From the NCBI GenBank assembly GCA_017544165.1, contig JAFYER010000001.1, positions 18,946 to 82,945 on the forward strand: a stretch of 64,000 nt of DNA, read 5' to 3'. The notes below the pieces were generated by a model that saw only the letters and a list, made by a program, of their open reading frames with translations, did not search any database and was not told where the DNA came from. Each line of letters begins with the position of its first letter. Position 1 is the first letter of the stretch. The position numbers and the translations under genes were made by a program. Below, one piece after another: positions 52,463 through 62,734 of the stretch. This stretch comes from Bacilli bacterium (GTDB lineage: Bacteria; Bacillota_I; Bacilli_A; RF39; UBA660).

Positions 52463-52814
52463 GCATGGTCAAGTACTAGTTACTTTTGTAATTATGGTAC
52501 CTTTAATACTTCTATTAATATCGGTATTAATCGAGCTTAGCTTAATTAGTTATAATAAACATCATTTATATTCTTTAACTAAAACAATTATTGCATCTTG
52601 TATTGATAATCCTAATAAAAATGATATAATTAATTTATATAATAAAAATGGTGTAAATGATGAAATAAATGTTAATTTAGAAGAAGGCATAGAAATTTTT
52701 TTTAATCATAAAATAGAAGGTTTTTTTAAAAAAGAATATGATATTAAAATTGATATAGTAGGTAAAAAATCTGGTGACAAGATAATTTATACGAAGGGGT
52801 CAAGAAATGAATAG
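52455..52814 (+). CDS. TadE/TadG-like pilus assembly protein
   Basis: 119 aa. NKHGQVLVTFVIMVPLILLLISVLIE is a pseudopilin-like N-terminus. Confidence 0.55.
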   Translation: MNKHGQVLVTFVIMVPLILLLISVLIELSLISYNKHHLYSLTKTIIASCIDNPNKNDIINLYNKNGVNDEINVNLEEGIEIFFNHKIEGFFKKEYDIKIDIVGKKSGDKIIYTKGSRNE

Positions 52815-53574
52815 TGTAAAGGGAAAAAGCATTTGTATATTCTCTGCGAAAGGTGGAGTTGGTAAAACTGTTACAGCAGTTAACTTAGCTGGTGTTTTTT
52901 CGCGTTTACAAAAAAAGGTTGTTATTATCGATTTTGACCTTACAGGTGGTGGAGTAGCAGCTTATCTTAATAAACCGTTTGAAAAAAACTCTTATAATTT
53001 TGTCGAAGATTATGCTAATAACCATTATCAATCATTAAAAAATTATGTGACTAAATTTGATGATGACATTGACTTTTTGGCATCTCCGAAAGATCCTAGA
53101 CAAGGAACGAGAATATCTGCTTCTTACATCGAAGTAATATTAGAAAAAGCTACTAATGAATACGATATTGTTATCGTGGATACTAATCATACATTAAGTG
53201 AGTTTAATGTAACGCTTTTAGATAAATGTGATGAAGTTTTACTTGTCGTATCAAATGATATGTTAGATTTAAAAAATACTCGTAATTTAATTCATATTTT
53301 TAAAGATGCCGAAAAGACAAATTATAAAGTTATGCTCAATAATTCTGTTCATCCTTCAAAAAAATATTATTCACTTTATGATGTTAAAAGTATGATTAAA
53401 GCTAATATTGATTATTTAATAGATTCATCATTTTTCTTAAAAACAATGGATCAATATATATCTGATGGAGTCATTTTAACAAAAGAAGCTAAAATGCCTA
53501 AAGTATATCCTAAAGTATATCGAGCATTTCTTACAATATGTAATGATTTAATGGAGTTGGAACATGAAAAATAA
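52807..53574 (+). CDS. tadZ: TadZ/CpaE-like ParA/MinD-family ATPase
   Basis: 255 aa. Deviant Walker A SAKGGVGKT. The gene sits directly upstream of tadA. Confidence 0.75.
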   Translation: MNSVKGKSICIFSAKGGVGKTVTAVNLAGVFSRLQKKVVIIDFDLTGGGVAAYLNKPFEKNSYNFVEDYANNHYQSLKNYVTKFDDDIDFLASPKDPRQGTRISASYIEVILEKATNEYDIVIVDTNHTLSEFNVTLLDKCDEVLLVVSNDMLDLKNTRNLIHIFKDAEKTNYKVMLNNSVHPSKKYYSLYDVKSMIKANIDYLIDSSFFLKTMDQYISDGVILTKEAKMPKVYPKVYRAFLTICNDLMELEHEK

Positions 53575-54886
53575 TTTAAGAAATATGTTTGAGTATGCTG
53601 ATAATGATGCTAAAGTTAATACGATAAATGATTATGATATTTTTAAAGATAAAGAGCTACTTGATAAACTGCGTACTAAAATCGTTGAAAATATAATTGA
53701 TGCAAATATCTCAGATGAAGAAGATTTAAAAACATATATAGATGATGAAATTGAAAGAACCATTGCGGATTATGATTTATCTACATTAGAAAGGAACCAT
53801 TTATTTACTTTGATTGATAATGAAATAAATGGATATGGGCCCTTAACTGAACTTTTAAAGGATAGTAATATTACGGAAATTATGGTTAATTCGCCGAAAG
53901 AAATATATATAGAAATTGATGGTAATTTAATAAAGGATGAAAGTATATCATTTATTAATAATGCTCATATCATAAGAACTATTCAAAGATTAATTGAACC
54001 AATGGGAAGAACGATTGACTCTAATAGTCCAATGGTTGACTCTAGACTTAAAGATGGTTCACGTATTAATGCGGTAATACCACCGCTTTCGACTAAAGGG
54101 CCAGTTATTACCATTCGTAAGTTTGCTCCTTCGATGAATCATATCGAAGAACTTATTAGAGTAGGAACAATGACTCCCGAAATGGCTGAGTTTTTGCAAG
54201 CTGCCGTCAAAGCTAAGCTAAACATAATAGTGTGCGGTGGTACTGGTTCTGGTAAAACAACACTTTTAAATGTATTAAGTAGCTTTATTGGTATAAGTGA
54301 AAGAATTGTAACTATCGAAGATGCAGCCGAACTTAGATTAAAACAACCGCATGTTATTGGTCTTGAAACAAGAACAACAAATTATGAAAAAAGTGGCGAA
54401 ATAACAATAAGAGATTTGGTACGTAATTCCCTAAGAATGCGTCCTGATCGAATAATTGTCGGTGAGGTAAGAGGTAAGGAAGCATTTGATATGCTACAAG
54501 CAATGAATACAGGTCATGAAGGAAGTTTGACAACACTGCATGCTAATGGTCCGCTTGACGCATTACATCGCCTTGAAACGATGGTTTTAATGGCAAGTAT
54601 AGATTTACCGGTTAAGGCTGTTCGTGAGTATATCGAAGCTGCTATAAACTTAGTAGTCAATATTGAAAGGTTATCTGATGGTAAAAGAAAAATAACTTCA
54701 ATAAGTGAAATAATTGGTTTTACTGAAGATGAAATTAAACTACAAGATATCTTTAATTTTCAAAGACTTGGTCTTACACAAAATGGGGAAGTAAATGGTC
54801 AATTTGTCAAGATGCATGGCAAACCAAAATGTTTAAATCAAATTGTCGCATATGGTAATCCTCAGATAAAAAATATATTTAATTAG
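53564..54886 (+). CDS. tadA: TadA/CpaF secretion ATPase
   Basis: 440 aa. [48 protein letters not shown]. Confidence 0.9.
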   Translation: MKNNLRNMFEYADNDAKVNTINDYDIFKDKELLDKLRTKIVENIIDANISDEEDLKTYIDDEIERTIADYDLSTLERNHLFTLIDNEINGYGPLTELLKDSNITEIMVNSPKEIYIEIDGNLIKDESISFINNAHIIRTIQRLIEPMGRTIDSNSPMVDSRLKDGSRINAVIPPLSTKGPVITIRKFAPSMNHIEELIRVGTMTPEMAEFLQAAVKAKLNIIVCGGTGSGKTTLLNVLSSFIGISERIVTIEDAAELRLKQPHVIGLETRTTNYEKSGEITIRDLVRNSLRMRPDRIIVGEVRGKEAFDMLQAMNTGHEGSLTTLHANGPLDALHRLETMVLMASIDLPVKAVREYIEAAINLVVNIERLSDGKRKITSISEIIGFTEDEIKLQDIFNFQRLGLTQNGEVNGQFVKMHGKPKCLNQIVAYGNPQIKNIFN

Positions 54887-54896
54887 AAAGGTAAAA

Positions 54897-55904
54897 ATGG
54901 ATAAACTAGTAATAAGACTTTTAATTAAACAACTTACAATATGTAGTATTTTCTTAATACTAGTTTTTCTTTTTGTGAAAATTTATTATTCCGTATTAAG
55001 TGAAAAAAGAATATCAGCATTTGCCATGGACAATAAAACTAATGATGAAATATCAATCGTTGATATTATAATTCGGTTTATTAAGAAAATAATTGGTTTT
55101 TTTGCAAAAATATTAAAAAAATCATCATTATTAAAAAAGTACGGTGATTCTCTTTCTAAGTATTTAATATATATTAATACTAAAATCGAAGGAATGAGCT
55201 TAATTGCGATAAAGTTTATTATCATGATACTTATGCAAATAATTTATATTTTTACAGTACTTATTGATAGTAATAATTTTAATATTATGACATTTTTACT
55301 TATTTCGATAGTATCATTTTTATTTATAGATTTATTAATTTTAATTGTTTATCGTAATCAAAGAAAACTTATTGAAGAACAATTATTACAAGCAATTGTC
55401 ATTATGAATAGTGCTTTTAAAAGTGGAAAGAATATTACGGAAGCAATTATGATTGTTAAAAAAGAATTACCAAGTCCCATCAAAGATGAATTTGATATTA
55501 TTTACAAGGATATTAGTTATGGGCTTTCTTTAGAGGATTCTTTTTCAAGATTTTATAATCGGGTTAAACTTGAGGAAGCTAAATATATTATGGCATCTTT
55601 ATCACTACTTTCCAAAACAGGCGGTAATATTGTAACTGTCTTTAATATGATAGAAAAAAATTTCTATAATCGTCTAAAGATCCGAAATGAACTAGGCTCA
55701 CTTACATCCTCAAGTAAATTTTTATATAGGATGCTTATGGTTATGCCATTTATTTTTATTTTAGTAATTGTAGCGCTAAGTCCTGATTATTTTGCGCCTT
55801 TTTATAATAGTAAAATCGGTTTTGTTTTAATGATGATTATGTTATTTTTATACATTATATATTTACTTATCATCCGAAGAATAATGAGGGTGGATGAAGT
55901 ATGA
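54897..55904 (+). CDS. tadB: TadB-like type II secretion F-family membrane protein
   Basis: 335 aa, polytopic. T2SSF-like region (AFKSGKNITEAI... LSKTGGNI). Confidence 0.75.
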   Translation: MDKLVIRLLIKQLTICSIFLILVFLFVKIYYSVLSEKRISAFAMDNKTNDEISIVDIIIRFIKKIIGFFAKILKKSSLLKKYGDSLSKYLIYINTKIEGMSLIAIKFIIMILMQIIYIFTVLIDSNNFNIMTFLLISIVSFLFIDLLILIVYRNQRKLIEEQLLQAIVIMNSAFKSGKNITEAIMIVKKELPSPIKDEFDIIYKDISYGLSLEDSFSRFYNRVKLEEAKYIMASLSLLSKTGGNIVTVFNMIEKNFYNRLKIRNELGSLTSSSKFLYRMLMVMPFIFILVIVALSPDYFAPFYNSKIGFVLMMIMLFLYIIYLLIIRRIMRVDEV

Positions 55905-56599
55905 AAAACGATATATTTATTAAAAGGTTAATGTCTCGTAAAGAGATTAGTAGAGTTGAAAAGAAAATATTGATGCTTGGCCCAAATACGAAATTAGAAA
56001 CTTACCATTATTTAAATCTCAAATTTATAACTTTATTTTTTACATTTATTCTATTATTATTTGGAAAGCTCGGTTTTTTTGTAGCACCAATTGTGGTATT
56101 TGCTTTGTATTTTTTATACGATTATATATTTTTAACAATTCCAATAAAAAAAAGAGCTAACACTTTAGAACATGATGCTATCTTCTTTTTTGAAGTTTTA
56201 GTTCTTACTTTACAAAGTGAAAATAATCTTAAATTATGTTTAGAAACTGCAAGTAATGCAATTGATAGTGAAATGTCTTCGGAAATAAAAGAGACTTTAA
56301 AAGAAATGCAACTTGGTAAATCTCTAACTGAGGCTCTTGAGGATCTTCGCTTAAGAATTCCTTCGAAAACGGTCAATAATGTAATACTAAACTTAATTGA
56401 GACAAGTGAATATGGTAATTCGATAATCGATGCTCTTAATAATCAAATAGAATATATTACTGATAAAAGAATCCTGGCAATAAAGGGTCAAATAAATAAA
56501 ATGCCTACTAAGATTTCTGTTATCTCTGTACTTGTTTTTATTCCTTTAGTATTAATTTTGATACTAGGTCCAGTATTTATCAATTATTTATTTAAGTAA
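55901..56599 (+). CDS. tadC: TadC-like type II secretion F-family membrane protein
   Basis: 232 aa with a T2SSF-like region (LQLGKSLTEALEDL... ETSEYGNSI). The start overlaps the tadB stop. Confidence 0.7.
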   Translation: MKNDIFIKRLMSRKEISRVEKKILMLGPNTKLETYHYLNLKFITLFFTFILLLFGKLGFFVAPIVVFALYFLYDYIFLTIPIKKRANTLEHDAIFFFEVLVLTLQSENNLKLCLETASNAIDSEMSSEIKETLKEMQLGKSLTEALEDLRLRIPSKTVNNVILNLIETSEYGNSIIDALNNQIEYITDKRILAIKGQINKMPTKISVISVLVFIPLVLILILGPVFINYLFK

Positions 56600-56620
56600 A
56601 GTGGCTTAACCACTTTTTTT
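56599..56620 (+). terminator. rho-independent terminator after tadC
   Basis: AAGTGG-CTTAA-CCACTT followed by TTTTT. Confidence 0.75.
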
Positions 56621-56662
56621 CTTGTTTAAAAACAAATATTATGATATATTTTTTATGGAGTT

Positions 56663-56736
56663 GCTGATTTAGTTTAGTGGTAAAACGGAAGCATGGTAAG
56701 CTTCAGAGGACTGTTCAATTCAGTCATTCAGCACCA
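56663..56736 (+). tRNA. tRNA-Thr (anticodon GGT)
   Basis: Hand-folded 74-nt cloverleaf. Acceptor GCTGATT/ATTCAGC (one T-T mismatch); D arm GTTT-AGTGGTA-AAAC; anticodon arm GAAGC-ATGGTAA-GCTTC; T arm GACTG-TTCAATT-CAGTC; discriminator A and an encoded CCA. Confidence 0.88.
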
Positions 56737-56768
56737 TTAAAGAATCTGGTTGAACTTTGGTTCAATTT
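56731..56768 (+). repeat. left junction repeat (tRNA 3' end plus hairpin), candidate attL
   Basis: GCACCATTA aagaatctg GTTGAACTTT g GTTCAATTT. Confidence 0.55.
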
Positions 56769-56834
56769 ACTAATAAATATCAATTCTAGAAATGGAATTG
56801 ATTTTTTGTTGTGTGAAAAGAAGGGGATGATTTA

Positions 56835-57107
56835 ATGGTAAATATTATTAAAGAAGATTTAGATATTGAAGAAGCACTTAAAAAGAAATTAGAATTTATA
56901 TGTAGTTTTTGTAATACTAGTTGTGAAATAAAGAAAGGTTCAATTAGAACAATTGAAAGAACAAATCTTTCTTATGTAGAGCCACATAGAATAATAATTA
57001 AAGGTATTACATTTCTAGCATTCAATTATGAAACAAGTATCTATATAGAAAACTTAAGTAAAAGCATTTTAATTAGAGATTTAGAAGAATATATAAAAAA
57101 TATATAA
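56835..57107 (+). CDS. hypothetical protein (element-borne)
   Basis: 90-aa ORF with a GGGGA RBS. I recognise no motif. Confidence 0.4.
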   Translation: MVNIIKEDLDIEEALKKKLEFICSFCNTSCEIKKGSIRTIERTNLSYVEPHRIIIKGITFLAFNYETSIYIENLSKSILIRDLEEYIKNI

Positions 57108-57150
57108 AGACTTAGCAATTCCATTTTAAAGACTATTTTAAGCCAAAAAT

Positions 57151-57178
57151 TTGACATTTTATTAAAAAGTGATAGAAT
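57151..57178 (+). promoter_or_regulatory. strong extended -10 promoter upstream of the recombinase leader
   Basis: TTGACA-16 nt-(TGa)TAGAAT. Confidence 0.6.
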
Positions 57179-57222
57179 ATAAGCCAATCAAGGGAAACTA
57201 TCTATTTAAGGGGGTTAAATAG

Positions 57223-57282
57223 ATGAGATGGAAAGATAATTTAATTATATTTTATTATTTAGAATTAGTAAGGTGTCATTAG
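57223..57282 (+). CDS. candidate 19-codon leader ORF ahead of the recombinase gene
   Basis: ATG lies 6 nt after AAGGGGG and encodes MRWKDNLIIFYYLELVRCH*. Its last codons overlap the 5' arm of the downstream terminator hairpin. Confidence 0.3.
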   Translation: MRWKDNLIIFYYLELVRCH

Positions 57283-57317
57283 TATTATTATCCTTAATAC
57301 TTTTGACACCTTTTTTG
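57270..57317 (+). terminator. long terminator-like hairpin between promoter and recombinase start
   Basis: AAGGTGTCA..AGTATTA-loop-TAATACT..TGACACCTT followed by TTTTT, located 20 nt before the recombinase ATG. Confidence 0.55.
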
Positions 57318-57321
57318 TTAG

Positions 57322-59166
<1,845 letters not shown>

Positions 59167-59414
59167 ATACGAACACGTTTTGTTGAAACGAAGTTTCAAT
59201 GAAAGTGGGAAAAGTATTTATTTTGGAACTTTATGTAGTTTTAACTATTTACGAAGTTTATAGTTATTACGGAATAAAGTAAACGGATTCTAAGGTGTTA
59301 AACCTTAGCCCACTGGATATTTTGTATGGAACGTACAAAATTCCTAGGGGGTTAGAAATTTTGGATGACCAAAATGGCCACTCAAGTGGTCACTTCTAGA
59401 AAGGAGGAAAGCTT

Positions 59415-60761
59415 GTGTCAGAACTTGCTTATTCATTACATTTAGGTAGTGATAAAAATAGAAAAAACATATCTAAACAAAATGGTAAAAATAATTTAAG
59501 TGGAACAACTTCTTTACCAAATAATGCTATTCAAAATGTAAGACAATTATCAAAGGTAGATAAACATAATTATAGAAAATATGATAATGACCAAGACTTA
59601 ATAGAAATAGTAAGAGGTACTTCTTCTCCACTTGATGATGTAAAAGAATTATACTTAAGCGAATTTGAAGAAGCAAGATTAGAATATAATTCTAAACAAT
59701 CAAGACCTAGTAGAATGATAGATAATTACTTTGATAATGTATCTAATAATGAAAAAAAGGATCTTGCTTGTGAAATAATTCTTGAACTTGGAGATAAAGA
59801 ATATTGGGATACTAAAGATGAAAATTTTAAAAAGAAAATGTCAGAAGTTTATAAAAAACAAGTTGATGATTTAGAATTATTAGTTCCAAATTTTAAAGTA
59901 GCTAGTGCCATAATTCATTATGATGAAACAAGTCCACATTTACATATTGTTGGAGTTCCAATTAAATATAAAAATAAAAATGGAATGGAAAAACAAGTTG
60001 GTAAATCTGATGTATTTACAAAAGAATCTTTAATTAGATTACAAGATAAAATGAGAACCTTATGTATTGAGGAATTTAACCAAGTATATAGTTTAGATTC
60101 CACCTTAAAGCAAAAACAAAAAGGTAGAAATAGAGATATTCATGTATCTGATATGGATAACTATATTGAAATGAAAAAACAAATTGAAAAGAATACTGAA
60201 AACTTAAAACAAGCCAACATAAAATCTTCAGAGTTAAAACAAAACTCTAAAGATATAAAAGATAAAATTGATAAATTAAAAATATCTAAATTAAATAAAG
60301 ATAATTATATTTTATCAAAAGAGGATAAAGACTCTTTTATCAACTTTATCGAACAAGCAAATAATACTAGTAAAGAATATGATAAAATACAAACTCTATC
60401 TAATACATTAATAAATGCACATGAGCAATTAAAAGATAAGAATAATAAGATTAAAACTCTTACTGAAAATAATGAAGCACTTAATTTAAGAGTAAAGACT
60501 TTAAATGATACGATTAAAGAAAAAGATAATGAAATATCATTTTTAAAATCTAAAATAAATGATTTAAAAAACACACTAGATTATTGGAAAGATAAGTTTG
60601 AAAAACTAATATCTTTCCTACATGATAAATTACACAGTTGGTATGATAAAGACGATAAATATTTTGATGTCATTAATGATATGTATGAAGATAACGTATT
60701 AGATGATGATGACATTGAAGAATTAGATTTAAGTAAAGAAAAAGATGACTTTGAGAGATAA
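59415..60761 (+). CDS. MobV-family (Mob/Pre) relaxase
   Basis: 448 aa, GTG start after AAGGAGG. Motif I HNYR; motif III HYDETSPHLHIVGVP (HxDE..PHxH); long coiled-coil C-terminus. Confidence 0.85.
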   Translation: MSELAYSLHLGSDKNRKNISKQNGKNNLSGTTSLPNNAIQNVRQLSKVDKHNYRKYDNDQDLIEIVRGTSSPLDDVKELYLSEFEEARLEYNSKQSRPSRMIDNYFDNVSNNEKKDLACEIILELGDKEYWDTKDENFKKKMSEVYKKQVDDLELLVPNFKVASAIIHYDETSPHLHIVGVPIKYKNKNGMEKQVGKSDVFTKESLIRLQDKMRTLCIEEFNQVYSLDSTLKQKQKGRNRDIHVSDMDNYIEMKKQIEKNTENLKQANIKSSELKQNSKDIKDKIDKLKISKLNKDNYILSKEDKDSFINFIEQANNTSKEYDKIQTLSNTLINAHEQLKDKNNKIKTLTENNEALNLRVKTLNDTIKEKDNEISFLKSKINDLKNTLDYWKDKFEKLISFLHDKLHSWYDKDDKYFDVINDMYEDNVLDDDDIEELDLSKEKDDFER

Positions 60762-60776
60762 AACTCAATTTCATCT

Positions 60777-62258
60777 TTATTTTTTTATTAATTTTTTAGC
60801 CGCTCCTTCTTGTAGTGCGTTTTCAATACCAAATAATGTTAGAATGTCTTTAACACTAGTCGTTCCTAAGTTATCAGTTACATTAATCATTTTTTCAATT
60901 ATTGTATTATCATTATTTCTTCTATTTAATACTTGCTCAACTAAATAAGAATCCAGTAAATATTGGTATCCATTTATTACAAGTAATCCTTCTTTTATAA
61001 ATGAGTCTATCATTAAATCACATTCATCATCAACATCTTTTTCTATATCTACCTTTATTTCCTCAAAAGCACTTAGGTCTTCTACTTGCTCTCCAGCATC
61101 TGTTATGATTTTTAACAATTTTTTTCTCGTGCGATTTATTGATTCAATTAGATTTTTATAAAAAGACATTTTATCACTTTTATTTATTTCACCATAATTA
61201 ATGTATCTAATTAAATCACTAAACAACGGCTGCATAGATGTGATTAATGAATAATTATTACTTTCTCTATCGTTAATTATTTGATTTACTATTTGATTTG
61301 AATAACCTTTTTCTTCTAAAAATTCAGCAGATATTTTTTCAAAAAATATACTTGGAAATTCCGAAACTGCCATTTTTTCTATTGATAAACCTTTTTGCCT
61401 TGAAACATAATGAATAAATTCATGAACAAAATTACAAAATCCTCTCAAATTGTCCCCATTGCCTATTAAAATTTTAAAAATTCCATCATTATCTAAGAAA
61501 CACATAGAATTATCATATTCTTTTTCTTTTTCAATTATAATTAATCCTTTCACTTTAAGTTCGTTGTAAATTTTTATCCATTCAACTGGTGCATTAATAT
61601 AATTTAAAAATTCATAGAATAGAGTGTCAAATTCTTTTTCAGATATTTTTTGATATTCTTTATTTGAATCATCTTTATACTGAATGTTATCAATGACACG
61701 GCCAAACCAAATACTTGTTATATAATTCATTTGCTTAAAGAACTCATTATCATCTGTTTTTAAAAAGTTAGATGTAATATTTAATAAATAATTATATGTA
61801 TCCCATCTAGAAACATCTTGCAACCATTGAAATATCTTTTCTTCATTATTTCTATCTTTTAAATATTCCACAAAATCATCAAAAGTTCCATTTGATTCAA
61901 AGTATTTATATGCTATCAATGAAGATAACAATTCATCACTCATATTTGGATTTTGTTCCACAATAGTAGTATTAAAAAATTTCTTTCTTCTAATCAATGC
62001 TTCAACATGTAGTGCTGATAAGAAATCTTTATCACTAAATGCTTGTTTATTGTTATCATTATTAAATACTTCTTTAACTATATAATAAAATGTATCATTA
62101 AAATTTGATTCATCTTTTGAAATATCAATTGTCTTATTTTCACCTAGACAGCTAAGTATTAATTCATAATTGTTTTGAATTGTCATTTTAATTTTATCTA
62201 AAAATTGTTGTTGATTTTCAGAAAAAACAAGTTCTATATCTTTTATTTGTATTTTCAT
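60777..62258 (-). CDS. HExxH zinc-metallopeptidase-like protein (M3/PepF-like signature), element cargo
   Basis: 493 aa and the only long minus-strand gene besides rpmB. VHEFIHYVS is followed by SEFPSIFFE about 22 residues later (the HExxH...E arrangement). Its own TG-extended TATAGT promoter lies on the minus strand near 62287-62295. Confidence 0.45.
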   Translation of the reverse strand: MKIQIKDIELVFSENQQQFLDKIKMTIQNNYELILSCLGENKTIDISKDESNFNDTFYYIVKEVFNNDNNKQAFSDKDFLSALHVEALIRRKKFFNTTIVEQNPNMSDELLSSLIAYKYFESNGTFDDFVEYLKDRNNEEKIFQWLQDVSRWDTYNYLLNITSNFLKTDDNEFFKQMNYITSIWFGRVIDNIQYKDDSNKEYQKISEKEFDTLFYEFLNYINAPVEWIKIYNELKVKGLIIIEKEKEYDNSMCFLDNDGIFKILIGNGDNLRGFCNFVHEFIHYVSRQKGLSIEKMAVSEFPSIFFEKISAEFLEEKGYSNQIVNQIINDRESNNYSLITSMQPLFSDLIRYINYGEINKSDKMSFYKNLIESINRTRKKLLKIITDAGEQVEDLSAFEEIKVDIEKDVDDECDLMIDSFIKEGLLVINGYQYLLDSYLVEQVLNRRNNDNTIIEKMINVTDNLGTTSVKDILTLFGIENALQEGAAKKLIKK

Positions 62259-62428
62259 AAAATTTTCCCCCTTTGAAACGGTTAATACTATACCACATTT
62301 TTTCTAAAAAAGCAAAAAAGTGCCATAAAAATTGTTGATATTACTAAAAAATATGGTATATTATATATAGAACTGATATTTATTAGTTGTTCTTTTAGAT
62401 ATAAGTGTTCAAAATAGACTCTTGTATC

Positions 62429-62474
62429 GCACCATTAGTATATTTAGTTGAACTTTTTAGTTAAAGTTCAATTT
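62429..62474 (+). repeat. right junction repeat (copy of the tRNA 3' tail plus a bona fide terminator hairpin), candidate attR
   Basis: GCACCATTA gtatattta GTTGAACTTT ttagtt AAAGTTCAA TTTTT. Confidence 0.55.
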
Positions 62475-62511
62475 TTAACATATAATAGTTTAAAATAGAA
62501 ATATTTAACTC

Positions 62512-62540
62512 TTTACAATGAATAACACTTATTTTATAAT
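62512..62540 (+). promoter_or_regulatory. promoter of the hisS leader
   Basis: TTTACA-17 nt-TATAAT. Confidence 0.6.
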
Positions 62541-62565
62541 TATAACTAAGAAAGGGAGTATTATT

Positions 62566-62628
62566 ATGATATATATTAATGTTTTTAAACATCATCATAG
62601 TAATATGCGCTTGTTATTGCAATTTTAA
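62566..62628 (+). CDS. His-rich leader peptide (MIYINVFKHHHSNMRLLLQF)
   Basis: ATG lies 7 nt after AAAGGGAG. Three consecutive CAT codons occupy 62590-62598. Alternative hairpins and a terminator follow, upstream of hisS. Confidence 0.55.
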   Translation: MIYINVFKHHHSNMRLLLQF

Positions 62629-62675
62629 TTTTGCATGTACAAGTGCTGTTTTGTGTGCTTGTACATAGTTATATA

Positions 62676-62711
62676 AAAAATGCTATTACAAGTATATGTA
62701 ATAGCATTTTT
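62676..62711 (+). terminator. attenuator terminator in the hisS leader
   Basis: AAAAATGCTATTACA-AGTATA-TGTAATAGCATTTTT, ending 24 nt before the hisS ATG. Confidence 0.75.
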
Positions 62712-62734
62712 CTTTTAGAAAGGGATGAATAATT

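Noticed and set aside
62405-62437. A second (partial) tRNA gene at the right end of the mobile element
   Set aside because: Only the last 9 nt (GCACCATTA) match tRNA-Thr. Folding backwards from the CCA gives no T arm or acceptor pairing. It is a junction repeat, not a tRNA.
62340-62734. T-box riboswitch upstream of hisS
   Set aside because: I looked for the conserved T-box sequence (AANNNGGGTGGTACCGCG-like) and a specifier stem, and neither is present. The CACCA-containing stretch at 62429-62437 is the duplicated tRNA-Thr tail at the element junction.
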